A stretch of DNA of 63,145 nt, counting the filler, from Atractiella rhizophila (Eukaryota): assembly GCA_021432655.1 (NCBI GenBank). It is 7 parts of 7 records of this genome, joined end to end, with 100 filler letters (N's around TTAATTAATTAA, not from the genome) between each part and the next. Parts side by side here need not be neighbours in the genome. Positions count along the whole stretch, not along the records: positions 20,689 to 34,617 come from MU271409.1; positions 34,718 to 57,456 come from MU271413.1; 5 more parts are not named here. The stretch is one strand, 5' to 3'. Shown piece after piece: positions 26,696-39,312 of this stretch (the first letter of the stretch is position 1; the number at the start of each line of letters is the position of its first letter). The notes under the pieces are model-generated. The model worked only from the letters and a program-made list of their open reading frames with translations. It ran no database searches and was not told the DNA's origin. The position numbers and the translations under genes are program-made.

Positions 26696-27162
26696 CGGTT
26701 CTGTCTTCATGCTGGGATAATACATGACTTCAATTTTAACAAGTCCACAGTTTCCAAACTCAAACTATGGTGACCATCCGTTTAACCTTGTTCAGGTCAT
26801 GAAATGCCCGTGAGAAAAGCTTGCTAACGGACTCAGAACTTGACCTGACGAAGAGTGATGGTTTCAACGTACCAGCAACGACAAAACAAACTGCCACTTA
26901 CTGGGAGTCGCATTAAACCAAGGAATCGGAATCCTGGTGCGGTCAGCAAACAAAGTGCCGTGCATGCACACGCGTCCATCAGCCTCTCTTCCTGGAGTTC
27001 CTAGATGCCACACGGGGCCGGATTGGATAGCAAAGGAGCTGCTCGCGAGGGAGTTAGACGGAAGCTTGCATGATCAAGATTGTGTCAGCTCCAAAGTGAG
27101 TGCAGGCAAACGAAAGTCAGCTTCTGCGGCCTAAAGCGCTTCACGTCTCTGAAGATGATATC

Positions 27163-27169
27163 TATAAAA
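27163..27169 (+). promoter_or_regulatory. Putative TATA box of the SDR gene
   Basis: TATAAAA about 75 nt upstream of the ATG at 27241. Confidence 0.4.
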
Positions 27170-27240
27170 GCAAGCACCCACAGATGATCTTTTAACGTTA
27201 ATTTCCAGGGTCACTGCAGAGCAGAAGTTGCGGAGAAATC

Positions 27241-28535
27241 ATGGGATTGCTACCTTTCCCTTGGACTGAGTTTTGGCCTGGAACACCTGTCTGGCCTGAC
27301 GCTATCCCTAATCAAAAAGGCAAAGTTTTTCTGGTGACTGGTGGGAACTCTGGTACGCTGGCACGGCCAAAAAGAGAAAACTGCTGAAGCAAAACATTTA
27401 CTCTTAGGCGTTGGATATGTTACGGTTAAGGCGCGCTTCTCTTCCTGGGCTAGAAAAAGCGCACTGATTAAAAAACAGAAGTTGCTGCTTAACGAGGCCA
27501 CAGTTTATCTCGCGGCGCGCAACAGCGAGAAGACTACTAAAGCGCTTCAAAAGTTGGTAGAGGATACTGGGAAATCCAAGGAGTTACGCTTCTTGGATCT
27601 TGATCTCAGCGATTTAAACAAGGTAAAAACGGCCGCCGAGGAATTCAAGAAGTGAGGCAACTTCGATTTCCTCTACTACATTGCTGATAAAAGGTCAGGA
27701 AAGAGCCACGGCTGGATTGCCTCATTAACAATGCGCAAGTACTTCATCTCTGACCCTTAGAGTTGCGAAACGAGTTGGAGTAGTGGTATATTTCGTCCTC
27801 CACTATCCGAATTCACTGCCCAAGGGTATGACATGACACTCGGCACGAACGTTGTCGCGTTACATCTCTTCACAACACTTCTTCTTCCAGTATTACGAGC
27901 AGCAAAAGAAAGCAGAATTGTCAATCTGTCGAGCATACAACATCACCTCTCTCATCCCGACATAATCGACTACGATACTTTTCGAGACGGGGAGAAACGG
28001 AATAAATTGGGTCCACCAGGCTTGTACAGTCAGAGCAAATCCGTTCGTCTTATGTTCGAAAGGAACAGCAACATTAGCTGATCCATTGTTCTGTACTCCA
28101 ATCACAGGCCGTGATTCTCCTCAGCTATGCCATGAACCGAAGATTGAAAGCCGATAACATTACTGTCATCCCCGTTGACCCTGGAGGGATCAGAACAGAT
28201 GGTCTACGACACATTTCGTGGTTTGAGCGATTTGTAATTGTATGGAGGGTCTTGTTGATTTAACCCGTCTGACGTGGCGAGCAGCGATTGCTCACCTTCG
28301 ACTGCGATCAAGCCGGGTACAATGCATTTTATGCTGCCACACTTCCGGGGCTAGATGGAAAGAATGAGATTGTGCGTCTCTAAATGTTTTCCTTGGAAGC
28401 CAGATGATAATAGACATGAAAAAGCATATTGTGCCATGGATGAAGATCAGCACGCCAAGAAGAGATCATTTGAACACTAAGAAGCAAGACGAATTGGTAA
28501 TCTGGTTGGATAAGGAAGTCGATGCTTATTTGTAA
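27241..28535 (+). CDS. Short-chain dehydrogenase/reductase (RDH12/WWOX-like)
   Basis: VTGGNS|GVG, LDLSDL, LINNA|G, RIVNLSS and catalytic YSQSK. Multiple introns, two with GC donors. Confidence 0.9.
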
Positions 28536-29932
28536 TTCCAGCAAGGAGGGGTCATATTAGAGCGCTATTGATGAACATTCACTGCACTACAAGGGACAAA
28601 AGTCAAAGTCACCCAGCTGACATAGCGTATTTTTCTATTACTCCTGTACTCTAGCCTTGGTCAAAGCTTGATCGAGCTTGATCTTCCATCTTAAACATTA
28701 CGCTCTTGTTTATGTAATATCTAAAGCCTCGCGATTCTTGGTGAGATTCGGTGGAATGAACAACTTGATGTGCGTGGAAAGAATTGCTCATTCACATCTC
28801 AGCATGATTTAACAGATTGCAAACCGATAAGTAAAACGCTGCATCGGGTTTCAAAAGATTTTGCTGCAAGGAGAAATAAGTCCAGAAATGGGACGGAAAA
28901 AGATATCGATGCTATTCATCGGTACCGCAAAAAGTCAACCAGATGCGAGCGACCCAGACAACACGCGGTCTTGATCATTCCTAATCAGTAGAGAGAGAAG
29001 TGTTGGGATATCAAAGACGTTGGAGAATAACACGGTAGATGACGTGATTCAGGTCCATGGGGTTAACAAACTAAAAATACACACTATCAGCTCTTCGTAA
29101 CGTTTGCAGCTGCCTGACAATATGCAGCAATAAAAACACTGTACAACGAACGAAGACGCCAGCCAAGAGACCACCGACAAGCTTACTTTCGTATCCAAGA
29201 TGAACTTGTGTTAGTCAAACATGTCACGTGACACAGGTAAATGCTCATTCATCAACATTTTTCTTGGCGGCAAACTGCACTGAGCAGGAGAAGATATCAT
29301 GAAGACCTTGTGAATTATTCGTACAAGATGTTCCAAAGAAAAAAAAGCAAAGCGCTTGACAGAAGTGAAAATCGTAAGACCACTGACAGCATCTCATTTC
29401 TTCCTTCAAACGAAATGAAACAACATGAAACGATCAGAAATACTTTGTCCAGGTGTTTCTGGTCGATTCTGCTCAAGAAGGCCAATTTTTTCATGCTCTG
29501 CCATCATTTTCGCCACCTTAGGATTTTGTTCTTTACTGCGCAAGGGAAGTGCATCACAAGACTCCAAAAAGCGTTCTCGACGCGACGCGTTCTACCGTTT
29601 TCTTGTTTTCTGATGCCTTGCACCATTCTGAGGTCTTTTATGACCGTTTCCCCCATTTGTTGCCCTTAAAAAAATGGCCAGCAGGGACCATCAATAGCCA
29701 AGCTACATCGTAGAAGCGTTTTGGGAGGGCGAAGAAGGGATCCAGACGCTGGAGAAAGGTTTCAAGCTGGTGGTCGAGTTGGAGTTACTAACTGCTGCGG
29801 ATTTGGTGAACAAAGACAAAACGACCAACCACTTCACCAGTCGCGTAGGAAGGAAGGAAGAAACCGACTTCTCCCCTGACATCCTAGTACGAACCCACTA
29901 AGCGCTCAAAATAACGACCCAAGGAGGAAACA

Positions 29933-32900
29933 ATGAGCGATTCCTATGGCATGGGTCGAAGGGTGCGCTTGAGGGTGCCTCAGGTGCAGCTTCAACAACA
30001 ACAACTCCAATCCGCTGCTCACCCAACGTACGACCGTCCCACGAGGGATAGGAAGGCTCCCGTTGTCTTTAATCCCAGCGATTACGACCGTCCTACGCGT
30101 TCGAGAGTCAGCAACGGTAGTGGCGGCAGCGGAGGGAGGGGGAGTTCGAATGTGCCTCCAACACCAGAAGTGCACCATCGATATTCCACTAGAGGGAATA
30201 AGAGTGCGCATTCCCCTTCTCTGGATCTCAGCGGGTTTGGGCTCGGCATTGGAGGATTAGGCGGAGCAGGGCCATTCGCGAATATGAATATCAACGGCGG
30301 AGGTGAGCCATCTCAAAATGGGTCAAAAGATGGAAACGGGTTTGTGGACCACGATGCTTTGGGATCGGACGACCCTCTTAGCGTACCTGCTATGTACGAT
30401 CCACCCTCCCATCCTCCTCCAGACGTCGTTGCTGCTGAGGAGGACGCGGACAGCTACTCTATGAAGGAGGAGGCCATGGAATCTGTCCATCACTCTACCA
30501 CCAATGGGACTACGAATGGTCATGCTAATGGAGATACCGACCTCCCTAACGAGTCCCCTTACGTCGAATCCCCGCCTTCGGACGAAGTTGGACCTTCGAC
30601 GCGGAGGAGGAAGAGGAAGCAGCAAATCGTTGANNNNNNNNNNNNNNNNNNNNNNNNNNNNNNNNNNNNNNNNNNNNNNNNNNNNNNNNNNNNNNNNNNN
30701 NNNNNNNNNNNNNNNNNNNNNNNNNNNNNNNNNNNNNNNNNNNNNNNNNNNNNNNNNNNNNNNNNNNNNNNNNNNNNNNNNNNNNNNNNNNNNNNNNNNN
30801 NNNNNNNNNNNNNNNNNNNNNNNNNNNNNNNNNNNNNNNNNNNNNNNNNNNNNNNNNNNNNNNNNNNNNNNNNNNNNNNNNNNNNNNNNNNNNNNNNNNN
30901 NNNNNNNNNNNNNNNNNNNNNNNNNNNNNNNNNNNNNNNNNNNNNNNNNNNNNNNNNNNNNNNNNNNNNNNNNNNNNNNNNNNNNNNNNNNNNNNNNNNN
31001 NNNNNNNNNNNNNNNNNNNNNNNNNNNNNNNNNNNNNNNNNNNNNNNNNNNNNNNNNNNNNNNNNNNNNNNNNNNNNNNNNNNNNNNNNNNNNNNNNNNN
31101 NNNNNNNNNNNNNNNNNNNNNNNNNNNNNNNNNNNNNNNNNNNNNNNNNNNNNNNNNNNNNNNNNNNNNNNNNNNNNNNNNNNNNNNNNNNNNNNNNNNN
31201 NNNNNNNNNNNNNNNNNNNNNNNNNNNNNNNNNNNNNNNNNNNNNNNNNNNNNNNNNNNNNNNNNNNNNNNNNNNNNNNNNNNNNNNNNNNNNNNNNNNN
31301 NNNNNNNNNNNNNNNNNNNNNNNNNNNNNNNNNNNNNNNNNNNNNNNNNNNNNNNNNNNNNNNNNNNNNNNNNNNNNNNNNNNNNNNNNNNNNNNNNNNN
31401 NNNNNNNNNNNNNNNNNNNNNNNNNNNNNNNNNNNNNNNNNNNNNNNNNNNNNNNNNNNNNNNNNNNNNNNNNNNNNNNNNNNNNNNNNNNNNNNNNNNN
31501 NNNNNNNNNNNNNNNNNNNNNNNNNNNNNNNNNNNNNNNNNNNNNNNNNNNNNNNNNNNNNNNNNNNNNNNNNNNNNNNNNNNNNNNNNNNNNNNNNNNN
31601 NNNNNNNNTACAACCTAGATCTCGCTGACACCGATCCGCTCGCACCCGCCGTCCCTCCGTCCTTCGAATCGGTCGGCGGCCTGCAAAACCACATCCAACA
31701 GTTGAAGGAAATGGTCACGCTTCCACTCCTCTACCCTGAGGTCTTCCAGCAATTCAAGATCACTCCTCCACGAGGAGTCCTCTTCCATGGTCCGCCTGGA
31801 ACGGGGAAGACGCTTATGGCACGCGCTCTGGCGGCCAGCTGTACGGGTACGAATGGACAGAAGATCTCGTTCTTCATGAGGAAAGGAGCGGATTGTCTTT
31901 CTAAGTGGGTGGGAGAGGCGGAACGTGGTTTGAGGCTCTTGTTTGAGGAGGCGAGGAATCAGCAACCCAGTATCATCTTCTTCGATGAGATTGATGGTCT
32001 TGCTCCAGTGAGGAGCAGCAAGCAAGAGCAAATCCATGCCAGCATCGTTTCTACTCTCCTCGCGTTGATGGATGGAATGGATGGCAGAGGTCACCTTTCC
32101 AACTTTCTTGTTTTGATCTGTTCTGAGCGCTGGGACAGGCCAAGTCATCGTTATTGGAGCTACTAACAGGCCTGACGCTATCGATCCCGCTCTTAGACGG
32201 CCCGGCAGGTTTGATCGAGAGTTTTACTTCCCTTTACCGAATCGCGAGGCACGAAGAACGATCATCGACATCCACACGAAAGGATGGGAGCCTCCGCTTG
32301 ATGACAGTTTCAAGAATGAGCTGGCGGAGATGACCAAGGGTTACGGTGGAGCTGATTTGAGAGTTTGTCTTCCCTTTCAGAGGCTCTGATAGCGATATTA
32401 ATTGGGTGGGTGACAGGCATTATGTACGGAAGCGGCCCTCAACGCGATTCAACGGCGGTATCCACAGCTCTACAAAACGGTGGATCGCCTTCAGATCGAC
32501 CCAACAACAATTAAAGTGACTGCACGGGACTTCGTGATATCTCAAAAGAGTACAATCGCTCGCTTCCCTCTATCATACTATAATCTGATCCATCCCACTT
32601 AGACTTGATACCCTCTACAGCACGGGCTAGTTCTTCGGTTTCTGCGCCCTTGCCGGAACAAATGGAATCCCTACTCAAACCTTCACTCGAGAAGGCCAAG
32701 GAGGCACTGGCGAAGGTACTTCCGGATATAAAGAAGGTCAATTTGCTGGAGGAAGCTGAGTATGAGGAGGAAGTGGATGGTGGATTTGAGACAGAGAAAT
32801 TCAGACAAAGTGCGTTATCGTGTGCTCAGTTAAGATTGATACTGACGAAGAGCAGCTTTCGAAACGCTTCGAGTATTCAGACCGCGGCTACTCATCTGTG

Positions 32901-34617
32901 GAGAACCCGGAATGGGACAGATCTATGTCTCAGCTGCAGTGCTTCACCACTTGGAAGGATACCACGTCCAGTCTTTGGATCTTGGTGTCCTCGTTAGCGA
33001 TTCCTCACGGGTTTGTCTTCACGCTCCACTATCATGGATGCGAAATGATAACACGCACTGACAACACATCGCAGACTCCTGAAGCCGCCTGCGTCCAGCT
33101 CTTCATGGAAGCTAAACGGCACAAACCCTCCATTATTTGCATCCCAGCTCTCTGCACATGGGCCAGTTCAGTGACTGAAACTGTTCGTGCCACAATCAAA
33201 GGTTTGCTCGACAGCCTGGAACCTGCAGATCCCGTCCTGCTACTGGGAATACTAGATGGGTCGTATTCCGATCTCCCATCTGATATCAAGACTTGGTTTG
33301 GCTTCGTTAGAGGCAATAGGCTTATGCTTGAGAAACCTTCCCCAGTTTGTCATTCTTAGATGCACGACTCGCTCGCTGATTTTGGTTTGACATCCAGATG
33401 CAACGAGAATCTTTCTTTGAGGGTCTCATTGCGGCTCTTCGACGTACTCCGATCGAGTATCCGGATGCCTATCCTCGAAAGAAGCGGGTTCTGGAAGAAC
33501 TACCCCTCGCTCCGCCTCCTCCTCCACGAGTCCCGTCACAGGCCGAAATCGACGCCCAACGACAAAACGATGCAAGATTGCGAGAGTACTTCAAGTGGCG
33601 CCTTGGACCCGTTTTGAACGAGTTGAAGAAACGATACAAGAAATTCATGAAGCCTATCGCTGTACATTTTCTTCCTTTTTTCCCTCACAAATCTGACAGA
33701 AATGAAGGACGAGAATGCATTTGTGGCTACTGATGGCAGCCTCGGCCCTCCTGTGGCAACGGGAGATCAGCCGATTGAAGGCGGCGAACAAGTCCCTGTT
33801 CGACGCTTTCATAATATCGACCTGGAGCAAATGCACTACAAGCTGTACTATGACCAATACCTCACCATCGACGATTTCGTTGGAGACATCATCCGGATTC
33901 GTGAGAATGCGGAGTTGGATGGAGACAGCGAATATATCTTCAAGGCAGGTCAGATGCATAACCATGCTAATATCATGCTGGACCAGACCTTCGATCAAAA
34001 CTTTCGAACAGAGTGCGGGAAAATGGCAACGAGAGAGAAGAAAAGGATGGAGGAGGCAAAAGAGAAAGAGAAGAAGGAAGGGAAACAATCTGCACGGCCA
34101 ACTCCTCCACTCAGACCCTCGAGTAGTCGCTATGGGACGAGAGCAAATGGAGCAGCGGACCTCGTTGGCTTCGAAGATATTGCGGCTGTCGAGCGAAGGC
34201 TGAAGAGGGCACGGCAAACGGATTCTGAGAGTCCCGATGATCAACCTTCCAAAAAAGCACGGTCTGAAGACGCGTCAGGTCCTCCCGAGAGTGCCGTCGC
34301 TCTGGATCAGCAACCTGCGACGGATGCTGATGCTACTCAATTGGAAAGTGTCGTGGGGTCGATGTCTTCGACATTAAACATATCAGATGTGGAGCGGACG
34401 ATGGATGTTTCGATGGAGGATGTAGCACCGCTATCTATGCTCCAAAGTCCTGCACCCAACGGCATGAGCCTCTCCAATCTTCTCAATCCTATCACCACTC
34501 CACCTCCAGGAGAGACCGAACCTCTTCGTGCGACAACACCGGTTGGCGCAACGGCTCCACCAGTCACAACACCTTCCACTCCAGTACCAAAGCAGTCTGT
34601 TTCGTCCTTAATTGCTG
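29933..34617 (+). CDS. YTA7: ATAD2/Yta7 AAA+ ATPase with bromodomain; internal N gap, 3' end cut by linker
   Basis: Walker A GPPGTGKT, FFMRKGADCLSKWVGEAER, Walker B IIFFDEID and DPALRRPGRFDREF, followed by a degenerate second AAA domain and a bromodomain-like segment (YLTIDDFVGDIIRIRENA). Confidence 0.93.
30634..31608. other. Sized scaffold gap inside YTA7
   Basis: Run of 975 N with no linker; both flanks fit the same gene. Confidence 0.95.
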
Positions 34618-34717
34618 NNNNNNNNNNNNNNNNNNNNNNNNNNNNNNNNNNNNNNNNNNNNTTAATTAATTAANNNNNNNNNNNNNNNNNNNNNNNNNNN
34701 NNNNNNNNNNNNNNNNN
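34618..34717. other. Artificial contig linker
   Basis: N44-TTAATTAATTAA-N44. Confidence 0.97.
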
Positions 34718-35023
34718 GTCGGCTGACCTAAATGCAAGGTTGGAGCCGTCGTGCATTACGTTCGAGTTGGCCAGAGTTGGCAAATCCACCGCAACTGGAA
34801 CCATCCTCAGCCTCTGGCCAATGAACACCGAGCTAGCCGTTTGGACTAGAACGCAAGGAAGATTCGCTTTGCAGCATCTGCTTAGTTTGGGTACTCCTTT
34901 TAAGTTCTTTCCAAACCATCACATATAAACAGCGCCATCATCAATCAATCCACTTCCCCTCTCGCTCTTAACAAAGCGAGACTCCCAAGTGTTATCAAGT
35001 TGGAGTGTAAGGTGTAAGCAGTC

Positions 35024-38000
35024 ATGGCCACCAGAAAATCCAGTGGCAGCCTAGACGACATCCGTCTCGCCCCAACTCTCCGTCCTGACTCGTTCCCCGT
35101 CGATTCGGACCCCATCATCCTCCCAGGGGCGAAGCCTTCCGCCTCGCGCACGCTCTTTACCTTCAATCCAAACGTGATGCCGAATCCCAAAGAGTGCGCT
35201 TTCCCGTCAACGGCTGGCCAAACGGGTGGATGTCTAACGTCTGAGAATGGATGTGATGAAACAGCTTCGATAAGATCCAACTCGCACTCGTACAGTCCCA
35301 TGCGGCCGATATCAAGAGGAGCAGGAACCAACAGAAGTGGGTCGCGCTCCATGGGAGCTGGCTACAAAAGGCGAGAGCTTCTCACGCCCTTGCCTTTCCT
35401 CGAGGTTCCTCTTTCCCTCGTTTTCATCCGCAAGCTGAGCTGTTCGAGCTGAGAGATTTCGTTGGGAACAGCGGTGTTGAAGACTGGGAGAGCGTTGCTG
35501 TTCGCCAGCTTCTTGAATGTTGGGCTTCCTCTCTCTGTTTTCTTTTGTCAGTAGCGGCTGAGGTTCTGACGCATTAAGCCTGGAGCGCTCCTCATGGACC
35601 CTATTGGTGCTACTTATGGCGTGATCGCATACGGAGCGATATTCTACGTCCTTTTGGTGTGTCTCCCTCACTCTCATCTTCCATCACCTAAACTGGCTCT
35701 GTTCCTCGCAAAGATTGCAGCCTTCGTCCTCGCCGTCTGTCCGTCTCCTTTTCTCCTTTCTCAGCCTCGGATTGACGGTTATGCACATCTCAGTGGATGA
35801 ACTCGGCTTAGGAAAACTGGTTAAAAGGATATCGAACGACTTTGGAGGTGGTTTCAGTTTGATCAACTGGTCTGTCCGCCTCCTCCCTTTGTCCACCAAC
35901 GCTCCTGTGGTGAGGGATCGGAAGACGGAAAGCTCATGGGAGGTTATAGGAGCAACCCGGATATGTTTGTTCAGTCCCAGTTGATTGCCAATGCGAAGAC
36001 AAGCTTTGTAGCGCCGCCAAAGGAGATCAGTGGGACGAGTAAGAAGGGCGTGTTGAGCTCCAAGGTGCGTCGTCTCTCCTGGTTTCTCTTCCGAAACTGT
36101 GAGAGCTAGGCATTGACGTTGATCTTGACTCATTGTACTAGAAATACCAATATTTCGATCTAGATGTATGCAAGACTCTCCTCCTGATGAGCTCTATCAT
36201 GTGCGCACTCCTTCCCTCCTTCGTTATTAATCTAACCTGACTCCGCTGCACGAACAGGTATGAGCGAGAGGACGAATGGGTCCTAAGAGCGGCGGAATAC
36301 CCGAGTTCGTCTTTCTCTCGCACCGTCGCAAGCGTGACTGAGAAGCTGAGGAAGGATGGACGGAGATCCTCCTCCTTAAATCAGAGGAGAAGATACATTT
36401 CGTGACGAGAAAATGGGGAATACGTTTCGCTTCCGTATCTGGTGCGCCATCCACTCCTTTAGTGGCCATCGGCTTATATGATTGTCGACGGCAGACTTTA
36501 CGACCGTTGCTGGTCCTTATTGTGGGATATTCTATAGCGAAAGTGCAGAACCGTGGATGGTCGTCGCTTTCAAGGTCCGCTCGACCTCCTTCATCCATCA
36601 CAACCATACTGAGAACCAAGGATTTGTGTGATCGTAGGGAACGAGTCCGTCAAATTACAGCGAGTGGCTGGTCGACACGACCATCGCGCACGAGAGCGCT
36701 GGGTATGCTTTATCTTTCCTCGCCTCTCCTAGGCACCAAACGTACTGACGAAGTGTCGATGCAGCGATTGGCTCTGGGGAGACGCTCATCAGGTATGCCC
36801 TTTCTACAGCACAACGGTTTTTATCGTCCTTCTCATTACATGGTGGTAGGGATTCTATACCTCTCTCTTTCCTTCTGCGGGCAGTGGCTCAAAAGTCGTA
36901 CCTTACGAAAGGATTATGGAGACCATTCAATTGGTTGCGAGAGAGCTGCAAGAGAAGTCTGGAACCGATCAAAAGATTCAAGTTTACATCACAGTTCGTC
37001 CCTTCCCCTCACTCGCCATGGCGATGACGGATTGTGCAGGGACATTCGCTGGGTGCTGGGCTCGCGTCTTTGTTCTATGCTAGGTGCTTGAAAGCGCCAG
37101 ATGACATGGGAGACCACTGCGAACTGAGGGATGGGTATACCTTTGGCACTCCTCGCGTATGTCTAACTTTGTTCATCCACCGAACCTGAGCGGATGAATG
37201 GCGTGTTAGGTTGGCGACAACATTTTTGTCACGGCTTTCGAGGAATGTCTCAATCAGAAGCAGAACCAGTTCAAGAACTTCTGGCGCATCTGTACGTCTT
37301 ACTCTCTCAAATATGAGGAGTCTACGTTAAAGAAAGATGAACAGGTAATCAGAGAGGTAATTTACTCTTTCTCTCATCTTGTACCAGCTCACTACCTTGT
37401 AGACTTCGTTTGCACCGTCCCGCCTGGACTGGCAGACTTGAGGGAGCGACGAACTAATATTAACGTTTGTCTTTCTTCACATTTGGTTCATACGTGTCTC
37501 ATCTTGTCGTGCAGCCCGACAGTCTCCTCAACTATGGGGCGATTGGAGGTGAAATGCACCTTACACCTCGTATGTCCCTCCCTCCCTTCTTTCTATCAAG
37601 TCATGACCCTATTCTTAGGCAATCACGAATACTTTTATCATTTCAACGAAGTAGGCTATCTTCCGTTCCTAATTTATAATGGTTTAATAATTGGGAAAGG
37701 TTGGTTTGCGTGCAGGCAGGCAGGCTAAGGTACATAATGCATTTGCTTTGGGCAAACGCTAATACGAGCTACAGGTAGTCGAAAAAGGGCGGGACCTTCC
37801 CAACTTTCCAGCTAAGAAGATTAGCTGGACGGATCCCATCCAATGGACGACGAGGATTGGGCCAACGTTTCCATGGCTGTTCGATCACTTTACTACTGAG
37901 TACTGGTTCGTTCTTCACTCCTAACTGCCTAGCTCCTGCTGAAGTGCGTCTGCAGGAGAAGCTTGATAGCCTGTCAAGGAACCTCTTATGATGCTCCCGA

Positions 38001-38100
38001 CGATGAGAGGGATTTTCAAGGGCCGTCTACTCTGCCCACTAGGTTACAACCTTCTTTTCCGCCTTCTGAAGAGCCTGGTTCTGGTGTCTTCTTCACCTAA
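35024..38100 (+). CDS. Class 3 lipase (alpha/beta hydrolase) with N-terminal hydrophobic segment
   Basis: Spliced motifs VVAFK|GTSP, DAHQ|GFY, VYIT|GHSLG (Ser at 37046-37048), YTFGTPR|VGD, DFVCTVPP and FDHF. Confidence 0.85.
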
Positions 38101-39312
38101 ATCACGCTTTCGATGTTGAACGTTTTTAGTCCTTCTTTCCACAGCCTTAGGCAGTTCCTATTTTGGTGAAGTTGAAATTCAGGGCAAATGAATCTAACTG
38201 CGCAAATGTGAATACAGAACGTTGAAGTGATGAATGCTACGCGTTAACTGTATACTTCACACGAGTCTTCCCACGCAGCAAGCTGGTTGAAGTGAATGTC
38301 ACAACATTTTGATGTAAATTCTAATGATACAAGTCTACTGAAGCAAAGGATATCAAGACCACAGGAAAATCAAAGTTTCAAAAAGCCCTCCTTCCTCCAA
38401 CTCTCCACAATACAGCCCGACAGTCTTCTTAACTATGGGGCGATTGGAGGTGAAATGCACCTTACTCCTCGTATGCCCTCTCTCCTTTCTTTCCACAAAG
38501 TCGTGACCCTATTCTTAGGTAATCATGAATACTTTTATCACTTCAACGAAGTGGGTTTATCTTCTATTCCTAATTCATCCGGATCTAACAATTGGGAAAG
38601 GTTGGTTTGCGTGCAGGTAGGCAGGCAAAGGTACATACTGCATTCGCTTACTGCATTTGCTTTTGGCAAAGACGCTAACGCGTGCTCTTACAGGTGGTAG
38701 AGAAAGGGCGGGACCTCCCCAATTTCCCTGCTAAGAAGATTAGCTGGACGGATCCTATCCAATGGACGACAAGGATTGGACCAACGTTTCCGTGGCTGTT
38801 TGACCACTTTACTACTGAGTACTGGTTCGTCGTCAACCCAACTGCTTAGCTTCCACTAAAGCGCGGATGCAGGAGAAGCTTGATAGCCTGTCAAGGAACC
38901 TCTTATGATGCTCCCGACGATGAGAGGGATTTTCAAGGGCCTTCTACCTTGCCCACTAGGTTACAGCCTTCGTTTCCGCCTTCTGAAGAGCCTGGTTCTG
39001 GTGTCTTCTTCACCTAAATCGCACTTTCGATGTTGAACGTTTTCAGTCCTTCTTTCCTCAGCCTCAGTCGGTTCCTATGTTGTCCAAGTTGAAACCCAGG
39101 GCAAATGAATCTAAGTGCGCAAATGTGAATACAAAAAGTTGAAGTGATGAATGCTACTCGTTAACTGTATACTTCACACGAGTCTCTAGTTGAAGAGAAT
39201 ATCACAACATTTTGATTTAAATCTAATGATACAAGTCTACTGAAGCAAAGGGTATCAACGCCACAGGAAAATCAAAGCTTCAAAAAGCCCTCCTTCCTCC
39301 AACTCTCCACAA
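37512..39312. repeat. Diverged tandem duplication, ~900 bp unit (37512-38410 and 38413-39312)
   Basis: Both units contain the last five lipase exons, the intergenic region and the last ~40 nt of the NRPS-like gene; roughly 85-90% identical by eye. Confidence 0.95.
38416..39017 (+). pseudogene. Second copy of the lipase 3' exons (5' part absent)
   Basis: Encodes the same peptide as 37515-38100 (PDSLLNYG...GSGVFFT*), with splice sites intact. Confidence 0.75.

Noticed and set aside
29241..29669. 142-aa ORF upstream of YTA7
   Set aside because: No motif, atypical composition and no supporting splice structure; probably intergenic.
30323..31718. Long X-filled ORFs in the track
   Set aside because: Artefacts of translating the N gap.
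37700..37730. GC versus GT donor difference between the duplicated lipase copies
   Set aside because: Frame analysis places the site inside a 30-nt exon (VGLRAGRQAK), where it is a synonymous GGC/GGT change.
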